64,000 nucleotides of DNA from Phycisphaerales bacterium. GTDB lineage: Bacteria; Planctomycetota; Phycisphaerae; Phycisphaerales; UBA1924. The stretch covers positions 3,200,001 through 3,264,000 of the forward strand of contig OZ245777.1 of the NCBI GenBank assembly GCA_965227775.1. The letters are read 5' to 3'. The notes under the pieces are model-generated. The model saw only the letters and a list, made by a program, of their open reading frames with translations. It searched no databases and had not been told where the DNA came from. This document shows, piece by piece, positions 40,003 through 49,279 of this stretch (its first letter is position 1; the number at the start of each line of letters is the position of its first letter). A program made the position numbers and the translations under genes.

Positions 40003-40231
40003 GGCTTCGCGGCAGGCCCCGCATTCACCAGAGCATCCAAACAACTTCACAACAGGACGTGCGTGACCCCAGTACCTCCCGCACGACGGGCGGCTAGACC
40101 TCGCGCATCGGACGCTGTAATCTGTAGCGAACAGAGTACTTGCGGCCATATCGAGCACGCGGGTGCGCTGTGCATCCACGACGAGAAGCACGCACATCGG
40201 GCCGTCGGTCCCTCTATATCAGGAGAGCAGC

Positions 40232-43200
40232 ATGCCAGCGTTCGACCACTCGGGAAGGTGCCGCGTCTCCGCGGCGTTGGCGATGGCACTGGCGGCGGGG
40301 ACGGCGTCTCTGCAGATGGCCTGTGCCAGCGATACGGCCCCTGCGGCAGAGCCGGCCACAACGATGACGCGGCTCGGTGACGAGGCCAGCAGCAGCATCG
40401 TGACTTCCGCCGCTTGGATGGCCAACCAGGCACGGGTCGGGTATCCGCGGATGCCGAGCCTGAGCCCCGACGGATCGACGATCGTGTTTACGTGGGCGGG
40501 CGACTTGTGGGCCGTTTCGCGCGACGGCGGCATCGCCTCGCGGCTTACGACGCACCCGGCCGACGACCTGCGCAGCGCCTTCAGCCCAGATGGCACAACG
40601 CTCGTGTTCGAGTCCGAGCGTGACGGCAGCCGCAACCTGTACGCCATGCCCGTGACCAGCGAGAATGGACGCGTCGTCGGCGGCGCTGTTCGGCGCTTGA
40701 CGCTCAGCGATCGCTCGCTCACGCTCGCGGGTTTCGCGGCCGACGGCGAGTCGGTTCTCGTGCACGCGAACCTAAAGCCCAGCATGTATCGTGGGGTGAA
40801 CATGTGGTCGGTGCCACTCGACGGCGGACCGATCGAGTCTCTGACCGATGCGTTCGGACTCATGCCGCGGATGTCAGCGGACGGCTCGAAGGTGCTGTTC
40901 ACGCGGCAGCGCGACCTGTTCGACCGGCCCGCGTATCAGGGACCGGCTGCCGGCGACGTGTGGGCGATGGACACGCAGACCGGCCGCTTCACGCAACTCA
41001 CGGCGTTCGACGGGAACGACTCGAACGGGTTTGCACTCCCCGATGGCTCGGTGGTCTATACGTCGAGCCGGCATGGGCAGAACAACCTCTGGCACATTCC
41101 GGCGGGTCAGACCGACGCCGCGGGGCCGCGCCGGTTGACAGACTTTGCTCCCGAGGAAGGTGAGCACTCGATCGCGCATGGCGTGCTCGACCTGAACGTG
41201 TCGAACGATGGCTCGACCGCCGTGTTCCTGGTGTGGGACACGCTGTACACGCTCGACCTCACCCAGCGGGGAACCGAGCCGCGAGCGGTGGAGATCTATG
41301 CCTCGGGCGATTCGCAAACGCTTGACACGCGGCTCGAGACGCTGGGCCGCCAAGTGAGCGAAGCCGCCTTAAGCCCCGATGGCAAGACGCTCGCCGTGGT
41401 CGCTCGCGGCGAGGTGTTCATCCGCAACACCGAGGACGATCGACCCACCCGCCGGGTGACCTTCACCAGCGGCCGCGAGCAAGATCTGGCTTGGAGCCCC
41501 GACAACCAGTACCTGTACTTCTCGAGTGACGAGGAGGGCGAGTTTGCGATCTACCGCGCAACGGTCAGCCTCTCACGCGAAGACCTGACGCCCGAAGAGG
41601 CCGAGGAAGAAGCTGCCGAAGAAGCCAACGACGAGGCGGACGAGGCACCCGAAGAAGCAACAAAGGAGAGCGCCGAAGACGAAGCCGTCGATGGCGAGGA
41701 AGATGCGGCCCAGGAAGAAGACAAGGGCGAGGCTGTCGAGGAACAAGAGGCCGAAGAAGAGAAGGTCGACCACGGCAAGCGCTGGTCAGAGGGCCTGCGT
41801 TTCGAGGTCGAGCCCTTCATCGATGGCGGCGAGCGCACGGTGCGGCCCATGCCCTCGCCCGATGGCTACCGCCTGCTCTACGTCCGTGAGCGCGGCGACC
41901 TGTGGCACCGCGATCTGGCCTCGGGCGAGGACTCGCTTGTGTTCGAGAGTTGGAACGAGCCGGGTGTGCAGTGGGCCTCGGACAGCCGGCACATCGTGTA
42001 CCAAGTCGCCGACCTGGACTTCAACTCCGACGTGTGGCTGCTCGACCTTGATGGCGAGAGCGGCGAGCCGGTGAACATCACGCGGCACCCGGACATCGAC
42101 ACCGCCCCGCAGCTGAGCCACGACGGCAAGATGCTGGTGTTCTTGAGCGATCGCGCGGGCAACAACTGGTCGTACGATGTGTACGGCGTCATGCTCGATC
42201 GCTCGCTCGAAGGAAAGACCGACTACGAGCTTGCCGAGTACTTCAAGGCCGCCGCCAAGGCGGTGGGCAAGAAGGGCAAGATCGACACGCCCGACATGAG
42301 CGAGCCCCCCGAAGAGCGTGAGGCGCTCGAGTTCGACGTCGAAGACGCTTGGAAGCGCGTCCGTCGCTTGACGAGAGTCGATGGCGCGAGCGACCTGGCG
42401 TTGACGCCCGGGGGCGACCGCGTTCTCTTCAGTACCAGCATCGACGGGAGCACCAGCCTGTTCTCGGTCGACTACCGGGGCCGCGACCGGAAGACCGTGC
42501 AAAGCGGAAGCGTCTCGCAGGTCCGCGTGAAGCCCGATGGGTCCATGGCGCTGTTCATCCGCGGCGGCCAGGCTGCGACGGCTAGGCCGTCTGGTGGTGG
42601 CGCCAACACCTTGGGCATCGACGCGACCGTGCGCATCGACGTGGCGGCCGAGCAGGCCCAGAAGTTCCGCGATGCGGCCAACATGCTCGGGCGTGAGTTC
42701 TACCACCCCACGATGAAGGGCCTTGACTGGGACGGTCTGACCGAGCGATACCTCGAGCTGGCCCGCGTGACACGCACGCCCGACGAATTCCAACAGGTCG
42801 CCCGCTTGATGATGGGTGAGCTGAACGGCTCGCACCTGGGCATCTGGGGCGGCACACAGTCGTACAGCCCGCCCTCCATTCGCACGGGCTATCTGGGCAT
42901 CAACGCCACCGCGGTCGATGGCGGCTACGAGGTCACCTACGTGCTACCCGAGGGGCCGGCGTGGCGCGCCACCAGCCGCCTGCACGAGGGCGACGTCATC
43001 ACGGCCATCAATGGCATGCCCCTGGCGCCCGATGGAGGCATGCCGGCCATGGACCTGAGCGAGGCGATGGCCGGCACCTCGGGGCAAGAGACCCTGCTGG
43101 ATGTCGTGCCCGCAGTCCCCGAGTCGTCGGCGTACGTGCTCATTGTGCCAACGTCTTCGGGTGGCGACACCAACCTTCGCTATGAGGATGGTGTTCGTCA

Positions 43201-43813
43201 CCGCCGGGCCAAGGTTGAGGAGCTCTCGAACGGACGCGTGGGCTATCTGCACATCCGCGGCATGAACGAGCCTTCGCTGCGCGACTTCGAGCGCGATCTG
43301 TTCGCGGCGGCCAACGGCAAGGACGGCCTGCTCATCGATGTGCGCGACAACGGCGGCGGATGGACGACAGACATCCTGCTCAGCTCGCTGACCGCGCCGA
43401 GGCACGCATACACCATCCCGCGCGGCGCCGACCCTGATTCGGTGCCCGAGGATGCCTACCCACGTGACCGCCGCCTGATCTACGGCTACTCGCGCCCAAT
43501 CGCGGTATTGTGCAACCAGAACTCGTACTCGAATGCGGAGATCTTCTCGCACGCCATCAAGACCACCGGACGCGGGACCCTCGTGGGCCAGCAGACGTAC
43601 GGAGCGGTCATCTCGACCGGCTCGTACCGGCTGATCGACGGCACGACCGTGCGCCGGCCGTTCCGCGGGTGGTACCTGCCCGATGGCACCGACATGGAGA
43701 ACAACGGCGCCATGCCCGACGTGCTCGTGCTCGTCGATCCGAGCGATGAGGTCGAGGGCACCGATCCACAGCTCGAAGCGGCGGTGCGGGCGGTGATGGA
43801 GGACATCGAGTAG
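40232..43813 (+). CDS. Tricorn-like S41 family protease
   Basis: Signal peptide, PD40/beta-propeller repeats (SPDG), GELNGSH, PDZ-like region, GYLHIRGM, IDVRDNGGG, SYSNAEIFSH; AGGAG RBS. Confidence 0.92.
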   Translation: MPAFDHSGRCRVSAALAMALAAGTASLQMACASDTAPAAEPATTMTRLGDEASSSIVTSAAWMANQARVGYPRMPSLSPDGSTIVFTWAGDLWAVSRDGGIASRLTTHPADDLRSAFSPDGTTLVFESERDGSRNLYAMPVTSENGRVVGGAVRRLTLSDRSLTLAGFAADGESVLVHANLKPSMYRGVNMWSVPLDGGPIESLTDAFGLMPRMSADGSKVLFTRQRDLFDRPAYQGPAAGDVWAMDTQTGRFTQLTAFDGNDSNGFALPDGSVVYTSSRHGQNNLWHIPAGQTDAAGPRRLTDFAPEEGEHSIAHGVLDLNVSNDGSTAVFLVWDTLYTLDLTQRGTEPRAVEIYASGDSQTLDTRLETLGRQVSEAALSPDGKTLAVVARGEVFIRNTEDDRPTRRVTFTSGREQDLAWSPDNQYLYFSSDEEGEFAIYRATVSLSREDLTPEEAEEEAAEEANDEADEAPEEATKESAEDEAVDGEEDAAQEEDKGEAVEEQEAEEEKVDHGKRWSEGLRFEVEPFIDGGERTVRPMPSPDGYRLLYVRERGDLWHRDLASGEDSLVFESWNEPGVQWASDSRHIVYQVADLDFNSDVWLLDLDGESGEPVNITRHPDIDTAPQLSHDGKMLVFLSDRAGNNWSYDVYGVMLDRSLEGKTDYELAEYFKAAAKAVGKKGKIDTPDMSEPPEEREALEFDVEDAWKRVRRLTRVDGASDLALTPGGDRVLFSTSIDGSTSLFSVDYRGRDRKTVQSGSVSQVRVKPDGSMALFIRGGQAATARPSGGGANTLGIDATVRIDVAAEQAQKFRDAANMLGREFYHPTMKGLDWDGLTERYLELARVTRTPDEFQQVARLMMGELNGSHLGIWGGTQSYSPPSIRTGYLGINATAVDGGYEVTYVLPEGPAWRATSRLHEGDVITAINGMPLAPDGGMPAMDLSEAMAGTSGQETLLDVVPAVPESSAYVLIVPTSSGGDTNLRYEDGVRHRRAKVEELSNGRVGYLHIRGMNEPSLRDFERDLFAAANGKDGLLIDVRDNGGGWTTDILLSSLTAPRHAYTIPRGADPDSVPEDAYPRDRRLIYGYSRPIAVLCNQNSYSNAEIFSHAIKTTGRGTLVGQQTYGAVISTGSYRLIDGTTVRRPFRGWYLPDGTDMENNGAMPDVLVLVDPSDEVEGTDPQLEAAVRAVMEDIE

Positions 43814-43860
43814 GTCCGCGAATTCGCGCCGCCCTTCAGGGCCTTGCCTAATCGCTACAG

Positions 43861-43892
43861 ACGGACGCCCCTGGGGCGTCCGTTTCGTTTTT
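43861..43892 (+). terminator. Intrinsic terminator after the tricorn gene
   Basis: ACGGACGCCC-CTG-GGGCGTCCGT hairpin followed by TTCGTTTTT. Confidence 0.75.
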
Positions 43893-43946
43893 GCGGCTCT
43901 GCGGGTTTGCGCGATGGCCGATATCCGATGCGAGGAGTGCGCGCGC

Positions 43947-44651
43947 ATGGCAGGAGAATCGACAATCGTTCGGTCCGCCGTAGGTGTGTGGCTGCTGGCC
44001 GTTCTCGGCGCGGCGGCTACGGCCTATTGGGTGCTGCCGTACGACGCGCAGGCGGGCCTCTTTGCGCTCGGGCTGCTGTGCATGGCGTACACGCTCGCAG
44101 CATTTGGGCTCTCACGCCGGCAGGCCGGGCTCACCGCGCTACTTCCGCTCGCGTGGCTGGCCGGCTTCGGCATGTGGCTGCCAATCGGCCAGGACTTCGG
44201 GGCCGAGACGATGGCACCGATCTTGAGCGATTGGGGCGTATCCGAGGCGATGGTCGAGTCGCTGGCGTATGCGCTCGTGCTCGTGGTGGGCGGTGTAGCG
44301 ACGAGCGCCATGCTGTACCTCGGCACCGCCTCGGCCTCGATCTTCTGGCACGTGCTGGTGCTCACGGCGCTGGTGGCAGGCGCCTCGCTCTCGCACGACG
44401 ACACGCCCACGACGACGTTTGCCGCGATCATCGCCTGGCACGCGGGCGCGGCGGGCTCGCTCATGCGTTGGGCGTCGCACACGGCATGGGCCGTGCGGCA
44501 AGGCGTCTGCCCGCGCTGCAGCGAGGACGTTCGCGGCGTCAACGGCAACTCGTGCCCAAGCTGCAAGGGACCGCTGATGTTCACGCCCCCGCCGCGCCTG
44601 GCCGCGCCCGGTACCGGTCCCGCAAAGCCGATGAACGATCGCGCTGCCTAA
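43947..44651 (+). CDS. Polytopic membrane protein with C-terminal zinc ribbon
   Basis: About 6 hydrophobic segments; CPRC...CPSC; GAGGAG RBS before ATG 43947. Confidence 0.7.
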   Translation: MAGESTIVRSAVGVWLLAVLGAAATAYWVLPYDAQAGLFALGLLCMAYTLAAFGLSRRQAGLTALLPLAWLAGFGMWLPIGQDFGAETMAPILSDWGVSEAMVESLAYALVLVVGGVATSAMLYLGTASASIFWHVLVLTALVAGASLSHDDTPTTTFAAIIAWHAGAAGSLMRWASHTAWAVRQGVCPRCSEDVRGVNGNSCPSCKGPLMFTPPPRLAAPGTGPAKPMNDRAA

Positions 44652-45193
44652 GCCACGGTGCAATCTCTGAGGTACGGGATCGGCGTCACCGGTCCGGTTC
44701 CCAGGTAGGGCAGCAACTCGACGGGGAGAGCCTTAAGCCCGCGACGCCGCGCCTTGCTCACGGCGTACCGGAGCGCATGGTCGATGCGCTCATGTACCTT
44801 GGGCGTGATGTTCAACCCGTGGGCGTGCATCTGCTGGAGCGAGAACAGCCACGCGTGGTACTCCTCGAGGCAACGCGGCTTGTATGCGCCAAGGCCAATC
44901 GCGTGGTGGCCGACCTCGTGCAGGAAGACCGCAGCCGAGATCGGGCCGCGCGGCCTGGGACTCTCGATGAGCCGCGAGATCGTGCCATCGGCATAGTGCA
45001 CCTCCCACGCGACGCCGCTGGTGCTGCTGCGCCACTTGCGCACGCGGATGTCGTAGCGTGCGAGCATCTGCCGCGCGACGGCTTCGTAGCGGTCGGCCGC
45101 GGGCGTGCGCCTCGCGGGCGGCTTGGCGACCACGACCGGGCGTGGAGGCGCCGGCGGCTTCTTTCTTGGGATCAGGTCCCAGAGCGTGCGCAT
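44648..45193 (-). CDS. Small zincin-type metalloprotein/peptidase
   Basis: FLHEVGHH plus downstream EEYHAW; same strand as and overlapping the end of fmt. Confidence 0.65.
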   Translation of the reverse strand: MRTLWDLIPRKKPPAPPRPVVVAKPPARRTPAADRYEAVARQMLARYDIRVRKWRSSTSGVAWEVHYADGTISRLIESPRPRGPISAAVFLHEVGHHAIGLGAYKPRCLEEYHAWLFSLQQMHAHGLNITPKVHERIDHALRYAVSKARRRGLKALPVELLPYLGTGPVTPIPYLRDCTVA

Positions 45194-46125
45194 GGCTGGC
45201 GCTCCGAGGTTGCGACCTCGCCCGCGGCGAGCGAGCGGCCGTTGGCGAAGGCGGTGAAGTCCATCGGCTTCTTACCGGCCGGCTGCACGGTGATAAGGCG
45301 TAACGCCGTGCCGTGGCCGCACGCGACGAGACCTGAGGCATCGATCAGCGTGCCGGGCGCGGCGCCGTGGTCTTGCAGGTGGGCCGCGACTCGCCCGAGC
45401 TTGAGCGAAACGCCCGCGAGGGAGATGCTCACGCCGGGCCACGGCGTCAGGCCATGGACGCGATCGCGGCAGGCGTGCGCCGAGTCGTTGAAATCGATCC
45501 AGCCGTCGGCCTTGCTGAGCTTGGGGGCAAACGTCACGCTGTCGGCATCCTGCTCGACGGGCTCGAGCGTGCCGGCCTGGTAGCGCTCGAGTACGTCCGC
45601 GACGACCTCGACGCCGTCCTGGGCCAGCACATCGTGCAGCTCGCCAATGGTCAGGCTCGGGTCGAGCTGTCGGCTGGCTTGGCCCAGCACGGAGCCCGCG
45701 TCCATCTCGTCGGCGAGCGTGATGACGCTGACGCCGGTGGTCTCGTCACCAGCCAGGATTGCGGCGTTGATCGGCGCAGCACCACGCCACCTGGGGAGGA
45801 GTGACGCGTGCAGGTTAATCGCGAACCTATCGTCAAGAAGCTTCTGCCCGAGCTTTTGGCCAAACGCGATCACGACCCAAGCATCCACCTCGTAGTCGCG
45901 GATCGGGTCTCGAACGTCGGGCGTGTTGACCTTTTCGGGCTTGAGCACTTCAACGCCCGGCATGAGCGACTCGGCCTCGCTCGCGATGGGCGTGGGGCTG
46001 AGCGTCTTGCCTCGGCCGGCGGGTCGGTCGGGCTGCGTGACGACGGCGACGACCTCATGCCGCTGCGCAAGCATGCGCAGCGTGGGCACGCCGAACGCTC
46101 CCGAACCAAAGAACACGACCTTCAT
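45172..46125 (-). CDS. fmt: Methionyl-tRNA formyltransferase
   Basis: VVTQPDRPAGRG, INLHASLLPRWRGAAPI, MDAG, APKLSK, PWPG. Confidence 0.96.
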   Translation of the reverse strand: MKVVFFGSGAFGVPTLRMLAQRHEVVAVVTQPDRPAGRGKTLSPTPIASEAESLMPGVEVLKPEKVNTPDVRDPIRDYEVDAWVVIAFGQKLGQKLLDDRFAINLHASLLPRWRGAAPINAAILAGDETTGVSVITLADEMDAGSVLGQASRQLDPSLTIGELHDVLAQDGVEVVADVLERYQAGTLEPVEQDADSVTFAPKLSKADGWIDFNDSAHACRDRVHGLTPWPGVSISLAGVSLKLGRVAAHLQDHGAAPGTLIDASGLVACGHGTALRLITVQPAGKKPMDFTAFANGRSLAAGEVATSERQPCARSGT

Positions 46126-46155
46126 GCCGGCGGGCCTCCCTGCCCTTCTTAGGAA

Positions 46156-46755
46156 TCAGCGTGCCTTGCGTTCGAGCTTGCGGACCGCCGACCGCGTGCG
46201 CAGCCGGTCGAGCTGGCCAAACTTATCGATGATGAGCACACCATCGAGGTGGTCCGTCTCGTGCTGGATGCATCGCGCGAGCAGGCCTACGGCCTGGACC
46301 TCGAACCGCTTGCCGTCCAAGCCGGTTGCTTCCATGACGACAGCGTGCTGGCGATTCACCTGGCCTCGGATGTCGGGCAGGCTGAGGCAGCCCTCCTCGA
46401 TCGACTCGAGGTCGCCGACCGGCCTGAGCTCTGGATCGATGCAGACCCAGGGCTTGCCTTCGGTGTGCTCCTGGATGCCCTCGGGCAGCGCGGGTGCTTT
46501 GGGATCCGCCGGGATGGCGCACACGAACATCCGCCATGGCAGGCCGACCTGCGGGGCGGCCAAGCCGATGCCTTCTTCCTGGCGCATGATCTCGACCATC
46601 CGATCCGCGACTTCGCGGACGTTCTCGGTGACCTCGCCAACGGCCTTGGCCTTGGCCCGTAGTACGCGGTCCGGGTGGAATCGCAGGTGCAGGCTCTGCG
46701 GGTCTGCGTCGGGCCGGGTCGTGCTCTGGCTGGGCGTGTCGGCGTGCTGGGGCAT
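46156..46755 (-). CDS. def: Peptide deformylase
   Basis: GIGLAAPQVG, EGCLS, QHETDHLDG. Confidence 0.97.
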   Translation of the reverse strand: MPQHADTPSQSTTRPDADPQSLHLRFHPDRVLRAKAKAVGEVTENVREVADRMVEIMRQEEGIGLAAPQVGLPWRMFVCAIPADPKAPALPEGIQEHTEGKPWVCIDPELRPVGDLESIEEGCLSLPDIRGQVNRQHAVVMEATGLDGKRFEVQAVGLLARCIQHETDHLDGVLIIDKFGQLDRLRTRSAVRKLERKAR

Positions 46756-46856
46756 CGTGGGGATGATATTGTGCGGCGTCGGTGCGGGCGGGCAATGGCC
46801 CTAGAATCGCGGCCGCGGGCATTCGGGCGGACGGTTGACCAGACTGGAGCAGGATT

Positions 46857-48428
46857 TTGGCGATCTTCGGCGGCAAGAAGAAGAAGGATGCCCAGGGGAC
46901 TCCCGAATCGAACGGAGCCCCGGAGCCGGAGTCGCCAAGCGGCGGCAAGGGCGCCGATGGCGATGGCGGCAAGAAGGGTGGCAAGGGTGCGGACGGCGGC
47001 AAGGGTGCCGAGCCGGGCCCGACCTTCAACCCCGAGGCCGCCGAGCGTTTCTTCGAGCACGCCCGCACTGCCCACGAGACGACCAACTTCGAGTACGCGA
47101 TGAACCTGTGGCTCAGCGGCCTCAGGCAAGACGCGAGCAACATGACGGCCATGGAGGGCTTCTTCCGCTCCGCCTCGGCGTTCGCTGGCGCGAACCCCAA
47201 GAAGAAGCCCAAGGTCGACGTGCCCACCAAGACGCCCGTGGACAAGTTCCTGGCGGCGCTGCTGAACTGGGCCACGCGCCTGAGCGACGGCGACGCGGCG
47301 ATGCGCGCCGGCGAAGCCGGCGCGAACGCCGGGCTTGATGAGCAGGCCTACTGGTGCCTGGAGCGCTCGATGACGCTGGCCAAGCAGGCCAAGCGACCGA
47401 GCCCGCTGACGTTCAAACGGCTCATGCAGCAATTCGCCAAGGTGGGCGCGTACACCGAAGCCGTCGAAGCAGGCAACATCGCGGTTCAGCTCAACCCCGC
47501 GGACAGCGATCTGGCGAACGCGGTCAAAAACTTCTCGGCCCAGGCGACGATGAGTCAGGGCGGCTACGACAACGTTGGCGAAGAAGGCGGCTTCCGCAAG
47601 AACATCCGCGACGCCGCGAAGCAGCAGCGGCTGCAAGACGAGGAGGCCCTGTCGAAGGACGAGGGCACCATCGAGCGTCTGATCGAGCGGGCGCGGGCCG
47701 ACTTGGAAGAACGCCCCGAAGACCCTCCCACCCTCAACAACCTCGCCAAGCGGCTGCTCGAGCGCGGCACGCCCAAGGACGAGAAGGAGGCGTACGAGGT
47801 CTACAAGAAGGCGTATTCGCTCACCAAGGAATTCCGCTTCCGCCAGGCGGCCGACGACATCAAGATGCGCGCGTGGCGCCGCCGCCTGATGGCCCTTGAG
47901 AAGAAGGCCAAGGACAGCCCCGACGACGAGAACGTGCAGCAAGAGCTCGAGAGCGCTCGCAAGGACGTGCTCGAGGCAGAGACGAAGGTCTACGCCGCTC
48001 GCGTCGAGGCCTATCCGACGGATATGTCGCTCAAGTTCGAGCTTGGCCGGCGGTACTTCGATCAGGCCCAGTACGAGGACGCGATCGCCAACCTGCAGCA
48101 GGCCCAGGGCGAGCCCAAGCTGCGCGTGCGGACGCTGCACATGCTGGCCCAATCGTTCCTGGCCATGGGCTGGGGCGATGAGGCGGTCACGACGTTCCGC
48201 CAGGCGCTCGACGCCCATGGCCGCGATGGCGACGCCACGGGCATGGAGATCAGCTATGGCCTCATGGATGCGCTGTTGACCAAGGCGACCGATCACCGCG
48301 AGCTCGATGCCGCGGTCGAAGCGGACAAGATCGCCTCGGGCATCGCCATCAAGGACATCGGCTTCAAGGAAATCCGCTCGAAGCGCGATGCCATCAAGAA
48401 GCTGCTGGCCGAGCTCCGGCAGGGTTGA
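46857..48428 (+). CDS. TPR-repeat-containing protein
   Basis: TTG start with RBS; helical TPR-like units such as LKFELGRRYFDQAQYEDAIANLQQA. Confidence 0.75.
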   Translation: MAIFGGKKKKDAQGTPESNGAPEPESPSGGKGADGDGGKKGGKGADGGKGAEPGPTFNPEAAERFFEHARTAHETTNFEYAMNLWLSGLRQDASNMTAMEGFFRSASAFAGANPKKKPKVDVPTKTPVDKFLAALLNWATRLSDGDAAMRAGEAGANAGLDEQAYWCLERSMTLAKQAKRPSPLTFKRLMQQFAKVGAYTEAVEAGNIAVQLNPADSDLANAVKNFSAQATMSQGGYDNVGEEGGFRKNIRDAAKQQRLQDEEALSKDEGTIERLIERARADLEERPEDPPTLNNLAKRLLERGTPKDEKEAYEVYKKAYSLTKEFRFRQAADDIKMRAWRRRLMALEKKAKDSPDDENVQQELESARKDVLEAETKVYAARVEAYPTDMSLKFELGRRYFDQAQYEDAIANLQQAQGEPKLRVRTLHMLAQSFLAMGWGDEAVTTFRQALDAHGRDGDATGMEISYGLMDALLTKATDHRELDAAVEADKIASGIAIKDIGFKEIRSKRDAIKKLLAELRQG

Positions 48429-49249
48429 ACCCGAAGGCCCCGCGATTGGCCAAGCCCCGCTCCATTGCCATCATCCCCGCCCGAATGGGCTCGACGCGCT
48501 TCCCCGGTAAAGCGCTCGCGAGCGAAACGGGCAAGCCCATGGTCGTGCACGTGTGCGAACGGGCCAAGCTGGCCCATGCCGTCGCGAACGTCGTGGTCGC
48601 CACCGACAGTCAGGAGATCCGCGAAGCGGTCGAGTCCCACGGCTTTGACGCGGTGATGACCAGCGCCGAGCACGAGAATGGCACGAGCCGGCTGGCCGAG
48701 GCGGCCAAGACCATGGGCCTGAAGAGCCAGCAACCGATTGTCAACGTGCAGGGAGACGAGCCCGAGATCGAGCCGGAAGTCATCGACGCGGCCCTGATCG
48801 CCGTGGGCCAGAACGTGCTTCCTGGCATGGTCAGCAAGATGTACCGCATAGCCCAACTCGGCACGGTTGCAACACCGTTGCTACCACACGAGGACGTCTC
48901 CAATCCGAATCTGGTGAAGGTCGTGACCGGGCTCATGGAGCCCGACCTTGGCGTTGGCCGAGGCCTGTACTTCTCTCGATCACCCATTCCGTTCGATCGA
49001 GATCGCTCGTCGGCCGCCGCGCCGCTCCGGCACGTGGGCATCTATGCCTATGACGTGTTCTCACTCGAGCGGTACGTGTCGCTTGCGCCGACGCCCTTGG
49101 AACGCAGCGAGCAACTCGAGCAGCTTCGCTGGCTCGAGCACGGGCTGCCGATCGCTGTCGCCGTCCGTCGGTGCTCGCACCAGGGAATCGACACGCCCGA
49201 GCAGTACGCCGCGTTCGTCGAGCGATTCCGGGCCGGCACGGGCGGATGA
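48425..49249 (+). CDS. kdsB: 3-deoxy-manno-octulosonate cytidylyltransferase
   Basis: IIPARMGSTRFPGKAL, NVQGDEP, LYFSRSPIP, HVGIYAY, EQLEQLRWLE. Confidence 0.95.
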   Translation: MNPKAPRLAKPRSIAIIPARMGSTRFPGKALASETGKPMVVHVCERAKLAHAVANVVVATDSQEIREAVESHGFDAVMTSAEHENGTSRLAEAAKTMGLKSQQPIVNVQGDEPEIEPEVIDAALIAVGQNVLPGMVSKMYRIAQLGTVATPLLPHEDVSNPNLVKVVTGLMEPDLGVGRGLYFSRSPIPFDRDRSSAAAPLRHVGIYAYDVFSLERYVSLAPTPLERSEQLEQLRWLEHGLPIAVAVRRCSHQGIDTPEQYAAFVERFRAGTGG

Positions 49250-49279
49250 CGGGCGCGGCTGGGTTGGCTATCCTCTCTG

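Noticed and set aside
41580..41770. GAA/GAG-rich low-complexity tract
   Set aside because: Encodes an acidic linker within the tricorn protease, not an independent repeat element
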